Shown here piece by piece: positions 38,591 to 48,828 of a stretch of DNA of 64,000 bases. The number at the start of each line of letters is the position of its first letter. The first letter of the stretch is position 1. A model generated the notes under the pieces. The model searched no databases. It had not been told where the DNA came from and saw only the letters and a program-made list of their open reading frames with translations. A program made the translations under genes and the position numbers. Source of the stretch: Parafilimonas sp. (GTDB lineage Bacteria; Bacteroidota; Bacteroidia; Chitinophagales; Chitinophagaceae); NCBI GenBank assembly GCA_036274175.1, contig DASUGF010000083.1, forward strand, positions 79,004-143,003, read 5' to 3'.

Positions 38591-40498
38591 ATGAACATTC
38601 TTTCTTTTATTATTAATTACTGGTGGATATTCCTGGTATTAATGTTTCCTCTTTTTTACAAATTCATATTAAGGGTTTTCTGCGGGATGGTTATCGTTCC
38701 CGAAAACCGCATAGGCCTTGTAACAAAAAAATTTGTGCTGGTTGGCGCCAACCGCGAACTGCCTGATGGAAGGATCATCGCCACCAAAGGCGAGGCTGGT
38801 TTCCAGGCGAAGACTTTAGCGCCGGGTCTTTACTGGGGTATGTGGCCCTGGCAATTTGGTGTAGATATGCAACCATTCACGGTAATACCTGAAGGTAAGA
38901 TCGGATTGGTTTTAAGCAACGACGGTGCGGCATTGCCAACCGGTAACATACTTGCACGTAATGTAGCCTGCGACAATTTCCAGGATACAGAAACCTTCTT
39001 AAATAATGGTGGGCAGAAAGGCCGCCAAACGCACATCCTTACGCCGGGTACATATCGTATCAACACGTATGCTTTTACCATAACTATTGCCGATATGAGC
39101 ATTATTCATGAAAATATGCTCGGTATCATTACAACTATGGATGGCGCACCTATCATCCAGGGACAAATTGCAGGTAAGTTTGTGGAAGGCCATAACAACT
39201 TCCAGGATTTTGATAGTTTCTTATTGAATGCCGGTAACCGCGGGCTTCAGCCGCAAGTGGTACTGGCCGGAAGTTATTATATTAATCCCTGGGCGATCCA
39301 GATAGAAGAGATTCCCATGACAGATGTACCTATCGGCCATGTAGGCGTTGTGATCTCTTATATTGGTGAAGATGGCAAAGACCTTACCGGGGAAACTTTT
39401 AAACACGGCAATATTGTAAGCAAGGGTTTCCGCGGTGTATGGATGGAGGCGCTCGGGCCGGGCAAATATCCTATTAATAAATACACCATGAAGGTAGAGT
39501 TGGTTCCCACCACTAATCTTGTTTTGAACTGGGCCAATGCCAGAAGCGAGGCGCATATGCTCGATAAAAATCTTTCTACCATCACCGTGCGCAGTAAAGA
39601 TGGTTTCCCATTTAACCTTGATGTAGCGCAGATCATTCATATCCCGGCAAATGAAGCGCCGAAAGTGATCGCGCGTTTCGGCAGCATGAACAATCTCGTG
39701 AGCCAGGTATTGGAACCAACGATAGGCAACTATTTCCGTAACAGCGCCCAGGACAGCGATGTGATCTCTTTCCTGAGCACGCGTAAAGAAAGGCAGCAGG
39801 CAGCAAAAGAGCATATTAAAGCTGTATTGGATGAATATAATGTGAACGCAGTAGATACATTGATCGGCGACATCGTTCCGCCCGAAGCGCTGATGAAAAC
39901 GCTCACCGACAGGAAGCTTGCTGAGGAGCAACAAAAAACGTATCAAACACAAAGGATAGCGCAGGAGCAAAGACAAGGCGTGGAAAAAGAAACGGCTATC
40001 GCCGATATGCAGAAAGAAATTGTAAAAGCGCAACAAAACGTGGAGATCGCACAGCGCACCGCAGATGCTACCGTAAAGAAGGCGGAAGGTGACGCGAAAA
40101 GTGTGATACTGGAGGTGGATGCCGAAGCAAATGCCACCAAGATGCGGGCAAACGCCGAAGCTGAAGCTACAAAAATGAGAGCCGGGGCACAAGCCGAAGC
40201 GACGAAGCTCAATGCCACTGCAGATGCAGAGCGGATATCAAAAACCGGTTTGGCCGAAGCGGAAAAAATTATGGCCATTGGTAAATCAACTGCCGAAGCG
40301 TATGAACTACAGGTAAAAGCAATGGGTGGCGATAACTTTACGAAGTTTAAGATCACTGAAGAAATTGGTAAGGGCAATATCAAGATCATCCCTGATCTTA
40401 TTGTAAGCGGCGACAGCGGCAGTAACGGAAGCTTAAGCGGGTTAATGGGCATGCAATTACTGCAACTGATACAGGAAAAAAAGGACAAGAACCAGTAG
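38591..40498 (+). CDS. flotillin/SPFH (band-7) family membrane protein
   Basis: 635 aa. N-terminal TM segment, SPFH domain (MVIVPENRIGLVTKKFV...), then a long coiled-coil with EA-rich repeats (AEAEATKMRAGAQAEATKLNATADAE). Confidence 0.7.
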   Translation: MNILSFIINYWWIFLVLMFPLFYKFILRVFCGMVIVPENRIGLVTKKFVLVGANRELPDGRIIATKGEAGFQAKTLAPGLYWGMWPWQFGVDMQPFTVIPEGKIGLVLSNDGAALPTGNILARNVACDNFQDTETFLNNGGQKGRQTHILTPGTYRINTYAFTITIADMSIIHENMLGIITTMDGAPIIQGQIAGKFVEGHNNFQDFDSFLLNAGNRGLQPQVVLAGSYYINPWAIQIEEIPMTDVPIGHVGVVISYIGEDGKDLTGETFKHGNIVSKGFRGVWMEALGPGKYPINKYTMKVELVPTTNLVLNWANARSEAHMLDKNLSTITVRSKDGFPFNLDVAQIIHIPANEAPKVIARFGSMNNLVSQVLEPTIGNYFRNSAQDSDVISFLSTRKERQQAAKEHIKAVLDEYNVNAVDTLIGDIVPPEALMKTLTDRKLAEEQQKTYQTQRIAQEQRQGVEKETAIADMQKEIVKAQQNVEIAQRTADATVKKAEGDAKSVILEVDAEANATKMRANAEAEATKMRAGAQAEATKLNATADAERISKTGLAEAEKIMAIGKSTAEAYELQVKAMGGDNFTKFKITEEIGKGNIKIIPDLIVSGDSGSNGSLSGLMGMQLLQLIQEKKDKNQ

Positions 40499-40611
40499 TG
40501 GCAAGTGAGCATCATAAACCGCAACAAATTCTTCTGTGTTTCTGTTTTATTCGTGGCAAATAAAATGACAATTCTTGTTTGAGATAACAACAGTATAACT
40601 CATTCACAGAA

Positions 40612-40647
40612 AAACTGCGAAGCAAAAAAGTTTCGCAGTTTTTTTAT
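40612..40647. terminator. bidirectional terminator between convergent flotillin and T9SS cargo genes
   Basis: aactgcgaa-gcaaaaaagt-ttcgcagtt is a 9-bp stem, flanked by an A-run upstream and tttttttatt downstream. Confidence 0.55.
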
Positions 40648-40745
40648 TAGAGGAGTTAACGATATGCCGTTTGGTTCATTTTAAAGCTCGAATTATTACA
40701 GGTAAAAATTCAACTTAAAAAATCCGGGCTTCACACCGTTACAGG

Positions 40746-43700
40746 CTATTCTTTAAAGATCAATTTTGAATAACTCCAGTTGCCTATCTGCAGCCTGATT
40801 GTATATATTCCGGGCGTAAGTCCGTTCAATGATAAGTTTACTGTTTGCGGACTTCTCAGGTCTTTTACCTGCCGGAACTCTTTTCTTACAGAACCCTGCA
40901 GATCGGCAACCTGTATTTTTACTATACCTGTATTCTCATTGTTGATCGTCAAATTGAATCTGTCCCTTACAGGGTTAGGACTTATTTCAAAAGAAGATGC
41001 ATCAGCCATCGAAGCTTCCACACGCTCAGTCCGTGAAAAGTCTTCAGTATTTTGTGCGATCAGGCTGCTGCTCTTTGTAAACTCAAGCCAGTTAAAATTG
41101 AAGTCCTGTGCTGCTTTTGAAATTATTCGCAGGGTTTGCGGACCCTGTGGTAGTGTTATACCGGTACTTACTGTTGACCAGGTTTGGTAACCGCCTGTTT
41201 TAGGAATATTCACGTTCGCCAATACAGTTCCATCGGGTTTTGTTATCGACAATTTTGCGGCTGTGTTGGGTGTGGCTATTCTGAAGGTTACATTGTACGT
41301 GCCGGCTGACGATGCATTTACATAGTAATCCAGCCAGTCGTTGTTATTTATCCAGCCTACATTAAGACCGCCACCTGTGTCGCCGGTAGGTTCCATTTGT
41401 ATTCCCAGCATGGTAGTATAAGCTTCGGCCTCAATTTTTGCCGGTATTATTTTGGCTGATGGTACACCGCGTACAAATTCCATCCAGTTAAAATTCCATA
41501 CAAGACTTGCGGTAGAGATGACTCTAATCGTTTGATATCCCTGGGCGAGAGATACAACAATACTTCTCGTGATCCATCCCTGGTAGCTTGCCGTGTTGGG
41601 TAGGTCGAGGCTGCCTAACACAGTGCCATCCGATTTACGCAGTTGCAATTTCGCACCGTTATTCGCAGTTGCCACTCTGAAATTTACCGTATAGGTGCCT
41701 GCAGAATCTACATACACGTTAAAGTCCATCCGATCGCCGTTATCGATCCATCCCACATCGAGGCCACCGCCTGCATCGCTTGTATTTTCCGTTTTTATGC
41801 CACTCATTGAAGTGTAAGCTTCCGCTTCAATCTTTCCGGGAATAAGTTTGTAGCCTGCCAGGATTTGCGTTACAACAACATTCATGTCATCTGTAGCAGT
41901 AGCACCTTTATTATCCGTAACAGTAAGCCGGAACGTGTAAGTACCCGCGACAAGATTAGTTAACACCGGCGCTGCAATATTGGTGTTGCTGATAGTAAAT
42001 TGAGAAGGCCCTGAAACCTTTGTCCAGCCGTAAGAAGCAATGGTGCCATCAACATCAGTACCACTGCCTGATAAGGATACTGTATTCAACGGTAATATAA
42101 TTGATTGATCACTTCCTGCATCGGCAACCGGTGGCTGATTGGGAGCAGAAAGTACCGTAATTATTAAAGTATCTGTTGCTGTTGCGCCTGCTTTATCAGT
42201 AACTTTTAATTCAAACTGGTAAGTGCCTTCTGTAAGATCATTTACAATTGTCTCTTTATCATCCGGAGACGCTATGGAAAATTGGGCAGGCCCGCTAACC
42301 TTGCTCCATAAGTAAGAAGCAATCGGTCCTTCTGCATCTGAAGCGCTGCCTGATAGCAACACACTATCCTTTGGCAACGTAATAACCTGGTCACTTCCTG
42401 CATTGGCAACCGGTGGCTGGTTAGGAACAGGAAGTAAGGTAACCGTTAAAGTATCTGTTGCTGTTGCGCCTGCGTTATCAGTAACTTTTAATTCAAATTG
42501 ATAAGTGCCTTCTGTAAGATCATTTACAATTGTCTTTTTATCATTCGAAGAGGCTATAGAAAATTGTTCAGGTCCGCTTACTTTAGTCCACAAATAAGAT
42601 GCAATAGTGCCGTCGGCATCTGAAGCGTTGCCTGATAGCAACACACTATCCTTGGGCAACGTAATTGTCTGGTCACTTCCTGCATTGGCAACAGGTGGTT
42701 GATTAGGTGCAGGAAGTACCGTAGCTATTAAAGTATCTCTTGCTGTTGCGCCTGCATTATCAGTAACTTTTAATTCAAACTGGTAAGTGCCTTCCGCAAG
42801 ATCATCCACAATTGTCTTTTTATCATTCGAAGAGGCTATAGAAAATTGTTCAGGTCCGCTTAATTTAGTCCACAAATAAGATGCAATAGTGCCGTCGGCA
42901 TCTGAAGCAGTGCCTGATAGCAACACACTATCCTTGGGCAACGTAATTGTCTGGTCACTTCCTGCATTGGCAACAGGCGGTTGATTAGGTGCAGGAAGTA
43001 CCGTAACTATTAAAGTATCTCTTGCTGTTGCGCCTGCATTATCAGTAACTTTTAATTCAAACTGGTAAGTGCCTTCCGCAAGATCATCCACAATTGTCTT
43101 TTTATCATTCGAAGAGGCTATAGAAAATTGTTCAGGTCCGCTTACTTTAGTCCACAAATAAGATGCAATCGTTCCGTCTGCATCCGATGCATTGCCCGAC
43201 AGCGATACGCTATCCTGCGGCAATGAAATTTCCTGGTCGGTTCCCGCGTCAGCAACCGGTGGCTGATTAGGCGGTAATACGGTTATGGTAACTGTGTCTT
43301 TTGACATGTCTCCGTCATTATCTGTAACCATTAATTCAAATTGATAAATTCCTTGTGTCAAACCTGACACTACGGTTTGTGCCTGATGTTTCTGTTCTAT
43401 AAGGAATTGATCCGGCCCGTCAATTTTTTCCCATTGATAATCCGTTATTGTTCCATCTGTATCGGAGCCCGAACCACTTAGAGTAATACTGTCGGCAGGA
43501 AAGTAAATAGCCTGGTCATTTCCTGCATCAGCTACCGGCGGTTGATTAGGTGCAGGAAGTACAGTAACCGTTACGGTGTCTGTTGCTATGCCACCTGTAT
43601 TATCCGTCACTTTTAATTCAAACTGGTAAGTGCCTTCTGTAAGATCATCTGCAATCGTATTTTTATCACCCGGAGATACTATGGAAAATTGTTCGGGTCC

Positions 43701-46376
43701 GCTTACTTTAGTCCACAAATAAGATGCAATAGTGCCGTCGGCATCTGAAGCAGTGCCTGACAGCGATATGCTATCCGTCGGCAATGAAATTTCCTGGTCG
43801 GCACCCGCATCGGCAACCGGTGGCTGATTAGGCGGCAATACGGTTATGGCAACTGTATCTTTTGATATGTCTCCGTCATTATCTGTGACCGTTAATTCAA
43901 ATTGATAAACTCCTTGTGTCAAACCTGAAACTACGGTTTCTGCCTGATGTTTCTGTTCTATCAGGAATTGATCCGGCCCGTCAATTTTTTCCCATTGATA
44001 ATCTGTTATTGTTCCATCGGTATCTGAGCCCGAGCCATTCAGGGTTATATTATCAGCAGGTAAATAGATCACCTGGTCATCACCGGCACTGGCTACAGGA
44101 ATTTTATTAGGAGGCGGGTCCATTACTGATACCATTACTGTGTCAGCCGATGAGGCGCCTTCATTATCTGTTGCGGCTAATTCAAATTGATAAATACCGG
44201 CATGAAGACCACTCACTACAGTTTCCGGTTGATCAGGAGAAACTATATTAAATGAAGCAGGTCCATCAATCTTTTTCCATTGATACGCAGTTATTGTTCC
44301 ATCAGGATCGTTTGCAATGCCTTGAAGTGTTAGAGAATCGGCCGGCAAAATAATTACCCGGTCATTACCGGCGTTTACAAAGGGTGGCTGGTTTGGTTGA
44401 CGCAGCACAGCAATCGTTACAGTATCAGCATCCGACTCGTTATGATCGTCGGTAACAATCAGTTCGAATTTATATACACCTTCCTGGAGACCATTAACCA
44501 ATGTTTGCAACTGGTGTGGCGATTCAATATTGATTTGCCCGGGTCCATTTACCTTGTTCCATACATAAGAAGATATCTTTCCTTCCGGGTCTGAAGCCGT
44601 TCCTGTTAGTGTTACGCTATTAACCGGAAGTGTAATTGCCTGGTCATTTCCTGCATCCGCAACCGGCGGTTTATTGGGAGCAGGCAATACGCTGACCGTT
44701 ACTGTGTCTTTAGCTGCATCACCCGAATTATCCGTCACTTTAAATTCAAACCGGTAAGTGCCTTCTGCAAGATTAGCCACAATCGTCTGCGATTGATTAG
44801 GCGTGATGATAGAAGACGAAACAGGCCCGCTTATTTGACGCCACAGGTAAGCGGAGATGGTACCATCCTGATCCGTTGCAGTGCCTGAAAGTAGCACACT
44901 ATCCAGAGGTAAAGTAATTGACTGATCGTTTCCTGCATTGGCAACCGGGAGCATATTAGGCGCCGGCAATACCGTTATGGTCATCGTATCTTTTGCTGCA
45001 CTCCCTGAGTTGTCAGTTACCTTAAGTTCAAACTGATAAACGCCTTGTACCAGTTTAGTGATAAATGTTTGGGATTGCACGGGGGTGGTAATGAAAAACT
45101 GTGAAGGGCCGCTTATTTTACTCCATAAATAGGATGAGATCGTTCCATCCTGATCTGTCGCAGTACCTGAAGCCAATACGCTATCCAATGGTAAGGTAAT
45201 GGTAAGATCAATTCCTGCATTGACAACAGGTGGCTTATTAGGAGCTGGTAATACAGTTATTGCCACGGTATCCTTTGCGGTTGCGCCTATATTATCGGTG
45301 ACTTTTAGTTCAAACTTATAAATTCCTGCCACAAAATTTCTGATCACTGTTTCAGCCATCGTTGGCGATTCTATGGCAAATTGTGAAGGCCCCGAAATCT
45401 TCGTCCAGACGTAGGAGGTGATGGTGCCATCAATATCTGATGCAGTGCCGGTTATTTTAATAGTGTCTTTTGGTAACGTTACGCTTTTATCCGGTCCGGC
45501 ATTCACTACAGGCAACAGGTTAGGTGGCGGCGGTGGTTGCACGGCATCAGTCCGTTGGTACTGCAACATCCATTCATAAAAATTGCGGCTGATGGAATTA
45601 TTTCTCCAGGAAGCGTCAAACACCATCGTCCAGAGTGCTGTATCGTGCGCATATTTGGGAACGCCGGTGAGCAATGCCGGCACTGCTGGTTTAGGAGTGG
45701 CCGTATTAATTGTATTCACATAGCTGGATGCAAGGCTATATAAACCATCCTGTGTGCCGCATACCGTCCAAACCTTAACGCCATATTTCCCGCTTATGTA
45801 TTTGATATTGGGCGACTCTACATTTGGGTTGTTTACACCCACACTGCTTATAGGAAGTATGGCAGCAAACTTTTTGGTAAAATTACTGTCATTGGTTACG
45901 GATGACCATGTGCCGCCGCCACCGGATGAGATACCCATTATATATACCCTTTTCGCATCAACCCTGTACCGGCTCATAACATCCGGCAATATATTTTTTA
46001 CATGCGTATAGCTGTACGACCAACCGCTGCTGGTTGGAGCCTGTGGAGTAACCACTATAAACTTATACGTTTTCCCATCTGCCGGATTAACAGCCTGCGG
46101 ATCCCATCCTTCTGCTATTTTCCTGGGTAAGCCAACATTGAGCAGCTTGGATAATCCCTGGATGCCATCGCCTACTTCTCCGGCAGCATGCAGAAATATG
46201 ATCAGCGGGTAATAGGTATTGGTGGAATTATAATCTGCAGGCAGCCAGGTGAGTCCATATGTTTTGGAACCACCGCCGATGGGATACTGATCAGCCAATT
46301 GCCTGCCGATAATTGTTTGAGCAGTTGCATTAAATTCAAGACAAACCAATAACACCAGGAGTAAAGGAGTTTTCAT
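40746..46376 (-). CDS. T9SS-secreted multidomain protein: esterase/PHB-depolymerase-like alpha/beta hydrolase + ~13 PKD-like repeats + 2 carbohydrate-binding modules + T9SS C-terminal sorting domain
   Basis: 1876 aa. Signal peptide. N-terminal hydrolase with GISSGGGGTWS. About 13 units of ~95 aa beginning VNAGxDQxITLP and ending TDNxGAxAxDT. Two CBM6/35-like modules (KIEAEAYTSMSGIKTENTSDAGGGLDVGWIDNGD). C-terminal FEISPNPVRDRFNL...GIYTIRLQIGNWSYSKLIFKE is a Por/T9SS sorting domain. Confidence 0.85.
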   Translation of the reverse strand: MKTPLLLVLLVCLEFNATAQTIIGRQLADQYPIGGGSKTYGLTWLPADYNSTNTYYPLIIFLHAAGEVGDGIQGLSKLLNVGLPRKIAEGWDPQAVNPADGKTYKFIVVTPQAPTSSGWSYSYTHVKNILPDVMSRYRVDAKRVYIMGISSGGGGTWSSVTNDSNFTKKFAAILPISSVGVNNPNVESPNIKYISGKYGVKVWTVCGTQDGLYSLASSYVNTINTATPKPAVPALLTGVPKYAHDTALWTMVFDASWRNNSISRNFYEWMLQYQRTDAVQPPPPPNLLPVVNAGPDKSVTLPKDTIKITGTASDIDGTITSYVWTKISGPSQFAIESPTMAETVIRNFVAGIYKFELKVTDNIGATAKDTVAITVLPAPNKPPVVNAGIDLTITLPLDSVLASGTATDQDGTISSYLWSKISGPSQFFITTPVQSQTFITKLVQGVYQFELKVTDNSGSAAKDTMTITVLPAPNMLPVANAGNDQSITLPLDSVLLSGTATDQDGTISAYLWRQISGPVSSSIITPNQSQTIVANLAEGTYRFEFKVTDNSGDAAKDTVTVSVLPAPNKPPVADAGNDQAITLPVNSVTLTGTASDPEGKISSYVWNKVNGPGQINIESPHQLQTLVNGLQEGVYKFELIVTDDHNESDADTVTIAVLRQPNQPPFVNAGNDRVIILPADSLTLQGIANDPDGTITAYQWKKIDGPASFNIVSPDQPETVVSGLHAGIYQFELAATDNEGASSADTVMVSVMDPPPNKIPVASAGDDQVIYLPADNITLNGSGSDTDGTITDYQWEKIDGPDQFLIEQKHQAETVVSGLTQGVYQFELTVTDNDGDISKDTVAITVLPPNQPPVADAGADQEISLPTDSISLSGTASDADGTIASYLWTKVSGPEQFSIVSPGDKNTIADDLTEGTYQFELKVTDNTGGIATDTVTVTVLPAPNQPPVADAGNDQAIYFPADSITLSGSGSDTDGTITDYQWEKIDGPDQFLIEQKHQAQTVVSGLTQGIYQFELMVTDNDGDMSKDTVTITVLPPNQPPVADAGTDQEISLPQDSVSLSGNASDADGTIASYLWTKVSGPEQFSIASSNDKKTIVDDLAEGTYQFELKVTDNAGATARDTLIVTVLPAPNQPPVANAGSDQTITLPKDSVLLSGTASDADGTIASYLWTKLSGPEQFSIASSNDKKTIVDDLAEGTYQFELKVTDNAGATARDTLIATVLPAPNQPPVANAGSDQTITLPKDSVLLSGNASDADGTIASYLWTKVSGPEQFSIASSNDKKTIVNDLTEGTYQFELKVTDNAGATATDTLTVTLLPVPNQPPVANAGSDQVITLPKDSVLLSGSASDAEGPIASYLWSKVSGPAQFSIASPDDKETIVNDLTEGTYQFELKVTDKAGATATDTLIITVLSAPNQPPVADAGSDQSIILPLNTVSLSGSGTDVDGTIASYGWTKVSGPSQFTISNTNIAAPVLTNLVAGTYTFRLTVTDNKGATATDDMNVVVTQILAGYKLIPGKIEAEAYTSMSGIKTENTSDAGGGLDVGWIDNGDRMDFNVYVDSAGTYTVNFRVATANNGAKLQLRKSDGTVLGSLDLPNTASYQGWITRSIVVSLAQGYQTIRVISTASLVWNFNWMEFVRGVPSAKIIPAKIEAEAYTTMLGIQMEPTGDTGGGLNVGWINNNDWLDYYVNASSAGTYNVTFRIATPNTAAKLSITKPDGTVLANVNIPKTGGYQTWSTVSTGITLPQGPQTLRIISKAAQDFNFNWLEFTKSSSLIAQNTEDFSRTERVEASMADASSFEISPNPVRDRFNLTINNENTGIVKIQVADLQGSVRKEFRQVKDLRSPQTVNLSLNGLTPGIYTIRLQIGNWSYSKLIFKE
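41880..45540 (-). repeat. tandem ~285-nt coding repeats (PKD-like modules); several are near-identical at nucleotide level
   Basis: For example the 42400-43250 units differ by only a few nt (…ctggtcacttcctgcattggcaacaggtggttgattaggtgcaggaagtaccgta…). The repeat is protein-coding, not CRISPR. Confidence 0.8.
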
Positions 46377-46578
46377 AAAAGCATTGTTTTAAGGTAAAAA
46401 GTATTCCTCAGGCTAACTGCAGATAATTATTGTTATTCAGGATCACAGGTCTCGAGTCAGATTACCCAATAAATTAGGCTGCTCATAACTTCACCCAATG
46501 AAGATATAAAATAATTTATACAAGAAATGATTTTCAGACCAGGGTAATTTTTAGAAATGCCTTTCCGGCTTACTGACT

Positions 46579-47481
46579 TTACCGGCTTTTCCTATTTACA
46601 ATATAAACCCCCGCCAGTATTATTAAAAGGCACCCGATTGCAAAAACAGTTATATGCTCGCCAAATATCAATCCCCATAAAACAGCTATAAAGGGAATAC
46701 CATAAGTAACCAGTGAAGCAAATATGGAACCTGCGGTTTTTACCAATGTGTAAAACCAGACTGATGCCAATGCTGTGCCTAATGCGCCTAATATAAATGA
46801 TGCCGCAACAGAAAAAATAAATTCATGTTGCGCAAGGGGAAGATGAAAAAATCCTGTGAATACGAGGATCAAAATACATGGCGGAATAAAACAACTGAGT
46901 GCAATCGATGCAATATCTATTGACGATAGTTCTTTTAAATAATGGTTTACTACATGCACGTTTGTTCCATAACAAATGGTGGCTATCAATACAAATGATG
47001 CGTAAGAAATATTTGCAAAACTGATGGCGCCTTCAGAAGCAACCGGCAACAAGACAAGGCCTATAAAGCCGGTGACCACACCCAAAACTTTTTGTCGTGT
47101 AACAGCCAGTTTAAAAAAAGCAATACCAATAATGATTGCACACAATGGTGTAAGCGCATTCAATATGGAAGTAAGCGCACTGTCAATTTTTATTTCTGCA
47201 ATACAATATAAAAATGCAGGACAGAAATTGCCCAGCAACCCCGCAATAATTACTGTAATGATCTTATTTCCCGGAACTTTTCTCCAACCGCTTATGGCAA
47301 ACGGCAACATGACCAAACCCGCACTCAGTATGCGGATAGATGCTACCTGGAAAGCATTTAAATGCTGCAGGCCGATCTTCATCAGAATAAAAGAGCTTCC
47401 CCATATTAATGCAAGGAGACTGAATAGTAGCCATTTTAAAGTTTGTGTATTCAGGAAAAAGTTTTCGCAAATGTCATACAT
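46579..47481 (-). CDS. DMT-superfamily (EamA-like) transporter
   Basis: 300 aa with 10 predicted TM helices in two EamA-like halves. Confidence 0.7.
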   Translation of the reverse strand: MYDICENFFLNTQTLKWLLFSLLALIWGSSFILMKIGLQHLNAFQVASIRILSAGLVMLPFAISGWRKVPGNKIITVIIAGLLGNFCPAFLYCIAEIKIDSALTSILNALTPLCAIIIGIAFFKLAVTRQKVLGVVTGFIGLVLLPVASEGAISFANISYASFVLIATICYGTNVHVVNHYLKELSSIDIASIALSCFIPPCILILVFTGFFHLPLAQHEFIFSVAASFILGALGTALASVWFYTLVKTAGSIFASLVTYGIPFIAVLWGLIFGEHITVFAIGCLLIILAGVYIVNRKSR

Positions 47482-47496
47482 TCATCAATAAAATTT

Positions 47497-48243
47497 ATGG
47501 CAGATATAAAGCTTGATAAAACAAGTACCAGAGCGCCTGCGAAAACTGATAAAGAAAAAATAAAAGCGGAGCTGCCTGCCATCCTGCAGGAACTAAATGA
47601 GCTGCAGAACATTTTATATGCACAAAGCAAATATGCTGTTTTAGCAGTGATACAAGGATTGGATGCAAGCGGTAAGGATGGCTTGATAAGGCATGTATTC
47701 GGCAGCATGAACCCGCAGGGCGTGAAAGTGCATTCTTATAAAGTGCCTACGGCAGAAGAATTATTGCATGATTTTCTCTGGCGCATACACAGGCATACGC
47801 CTGCAAAAGGAATGATACAGATATTTAACCGTTCGCATTATGAAGATGTTTTGGTAACAAGAGTGCATAAGCTGACAGATGATGAAACAGCTTATAAACG
47901 CATGAAAGCCATTAATGAATTTGAAGACCTGTTGGTTACTCATAATAACACGGTGATCTTAAAATTTTACCTGCATGTTTCTCAAAAAGAACAGTATCAA
48001 AGGCTGGAAGAAAGAATACACGACGTAACCAAACAATGGAAGTATAACGAACAGGATTTTATTGAAGCCGGTTTAAGAAAGGAATACCTGGATGCTTATG
48101 AGGATTGTTTTAAACATTGTAATAAGGTTCAATGGATAATTGTACCCGCTGACCAGAACTGGTATAAGGAATACCTCGTAGCAACAGTGCTGCGGGATGC
48201 ATTGAAAAAACTAAATATGCAATATCCGGGTTTAAAAAAATAA
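47497..48243 (+). CDS. polyphosphate kinase 2 (PPK2) family phosphotransferase
   Basis: QGLDASGKDG is the Walker A of PPK2, and FNRSHYEDVLVTRVH is the lid/Walker B region. Start MADIKLDK at 47497 is preferred over the ORF-track start at 47443. Confidence 0.8.
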   Translation: MADIKLDKTSTRAPAKTDKEKIKAELPAILQELNELQNILYAQSKYAVLAVIQGLDASGKDGLIRHVFGSMNPQGVKVHSYKVPTAEELLHDFLWRIHRHTPAKGMIQIFNRSHYEDVLVTRVHKLTDDETAYKRMKAINEFEDLLVTHNNTVILKFYLHVSQKEQYQRLEERIHDVTKQWKYNEQDFIEAGLRKEYLDAYEDCFKHCNKVQWIIVPADQNWYKEYLVATVLRDALKKLNMQYPGLKK

Positions 48244-48313
48244 TTCAATAGGTTGGTTGTAAAAAAGAAACGCTATACATTCACATATCATTCTTAACCA
48301 AAAAAAAATAACT

Positions 48314-48697
48314 ATGGGATTTTTAAAAGAATTTAAAGATTTTGCTGTTAAAGGCAATGTAGTTGATCTTGCCATTGCAGTAATTATTGGTGGCGCTTTT
48401 GGTAAAATTGTTAGCTCCCTGGTGGACGACATTATCACTCCTGCCATCCTTACACCTGCATTAAAAGCGGCTAATCTAAGCAACCTTGGTGAACTGGTTA
48501 TTCCCGGTACAGCGATTAAATACGGTAACTTTCTTTCCCAGGTTATATCCTTCATAATTATTGCATTTGCCTTATTTCTTATTATTAAAGCAATAAATTC
48601 AACGAAGAAAAAAGAGGCGCCGCCACCACCTGCCGGCCCTTCTTCTACAGACCAATTGCTAATGGAAATCCGTGACGAGCTAAGAAAGAAAGCTTAG
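48314..48697 (+). CDS. mscL: large-conductance mechanosensitive channel
   Basis: [43 protein letters not shown] is the canonical MscL N-terminus; 127 aa. Confidence 0.9.
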   Translation: MGFLKEFKDFAVKGNVVDLAIAVIIGGAFGKIVSSLVDDIITPAILTPALKAANLSNLGELVIPGTAIKYGNFLSQVISFIIIAFALFLIIKAINSTKKKEAPPPPAGPSSTDQLLMEIRDELRKKA

Positions 48698-48712
48698 GAT
48701 TTTCATAGGTAT

Positions 48713-48787
48713 AAACTGTGTAAAACCTGCTTTTGCAGTGTACAATTCTCTGTTTACATTGCGGCGGTTTACACAGTTTATTTTTTT
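48713..48787 (+). terminator. terminator-like long hairpin after mscL
   Basis: aaactgtgtaaaacc ... ggtttacacagttt stem, followed by tttttttt. Confidence 0.45.
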
Positions 48788-48828
48788 AACCTGACCGGTT
48801 TTATAAGGTGATATTTTAAAACAAAACA

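Noticed and set aside
39221-40590. Long minus-strand ORFs (323 aa and 215 aa) antisense to the flotillin gene
   Set aside because: They are low-complexity and Cys-rich and arise from the GC-rich EA-repeat coding region of the flotillin gene. There is no independent start or context. Shadow ORFs.
41880-45540. Regular ~285-nt tandem repeats that could be mistaken for a CRISPR array or a satellite
   Set aside because: The units are 285 nt with no short spacer-repeat alternation, and they sit in one continuous open frame encoding PKD-like domains of the T9SS cargo.
47024-47491. 155-aa plus-strand ORF antisense to the DMT transporter gene
   Set aside because: A shadow ORF with hydrophobic low-complexity translation. 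The transporter on the minus strand is well supported.
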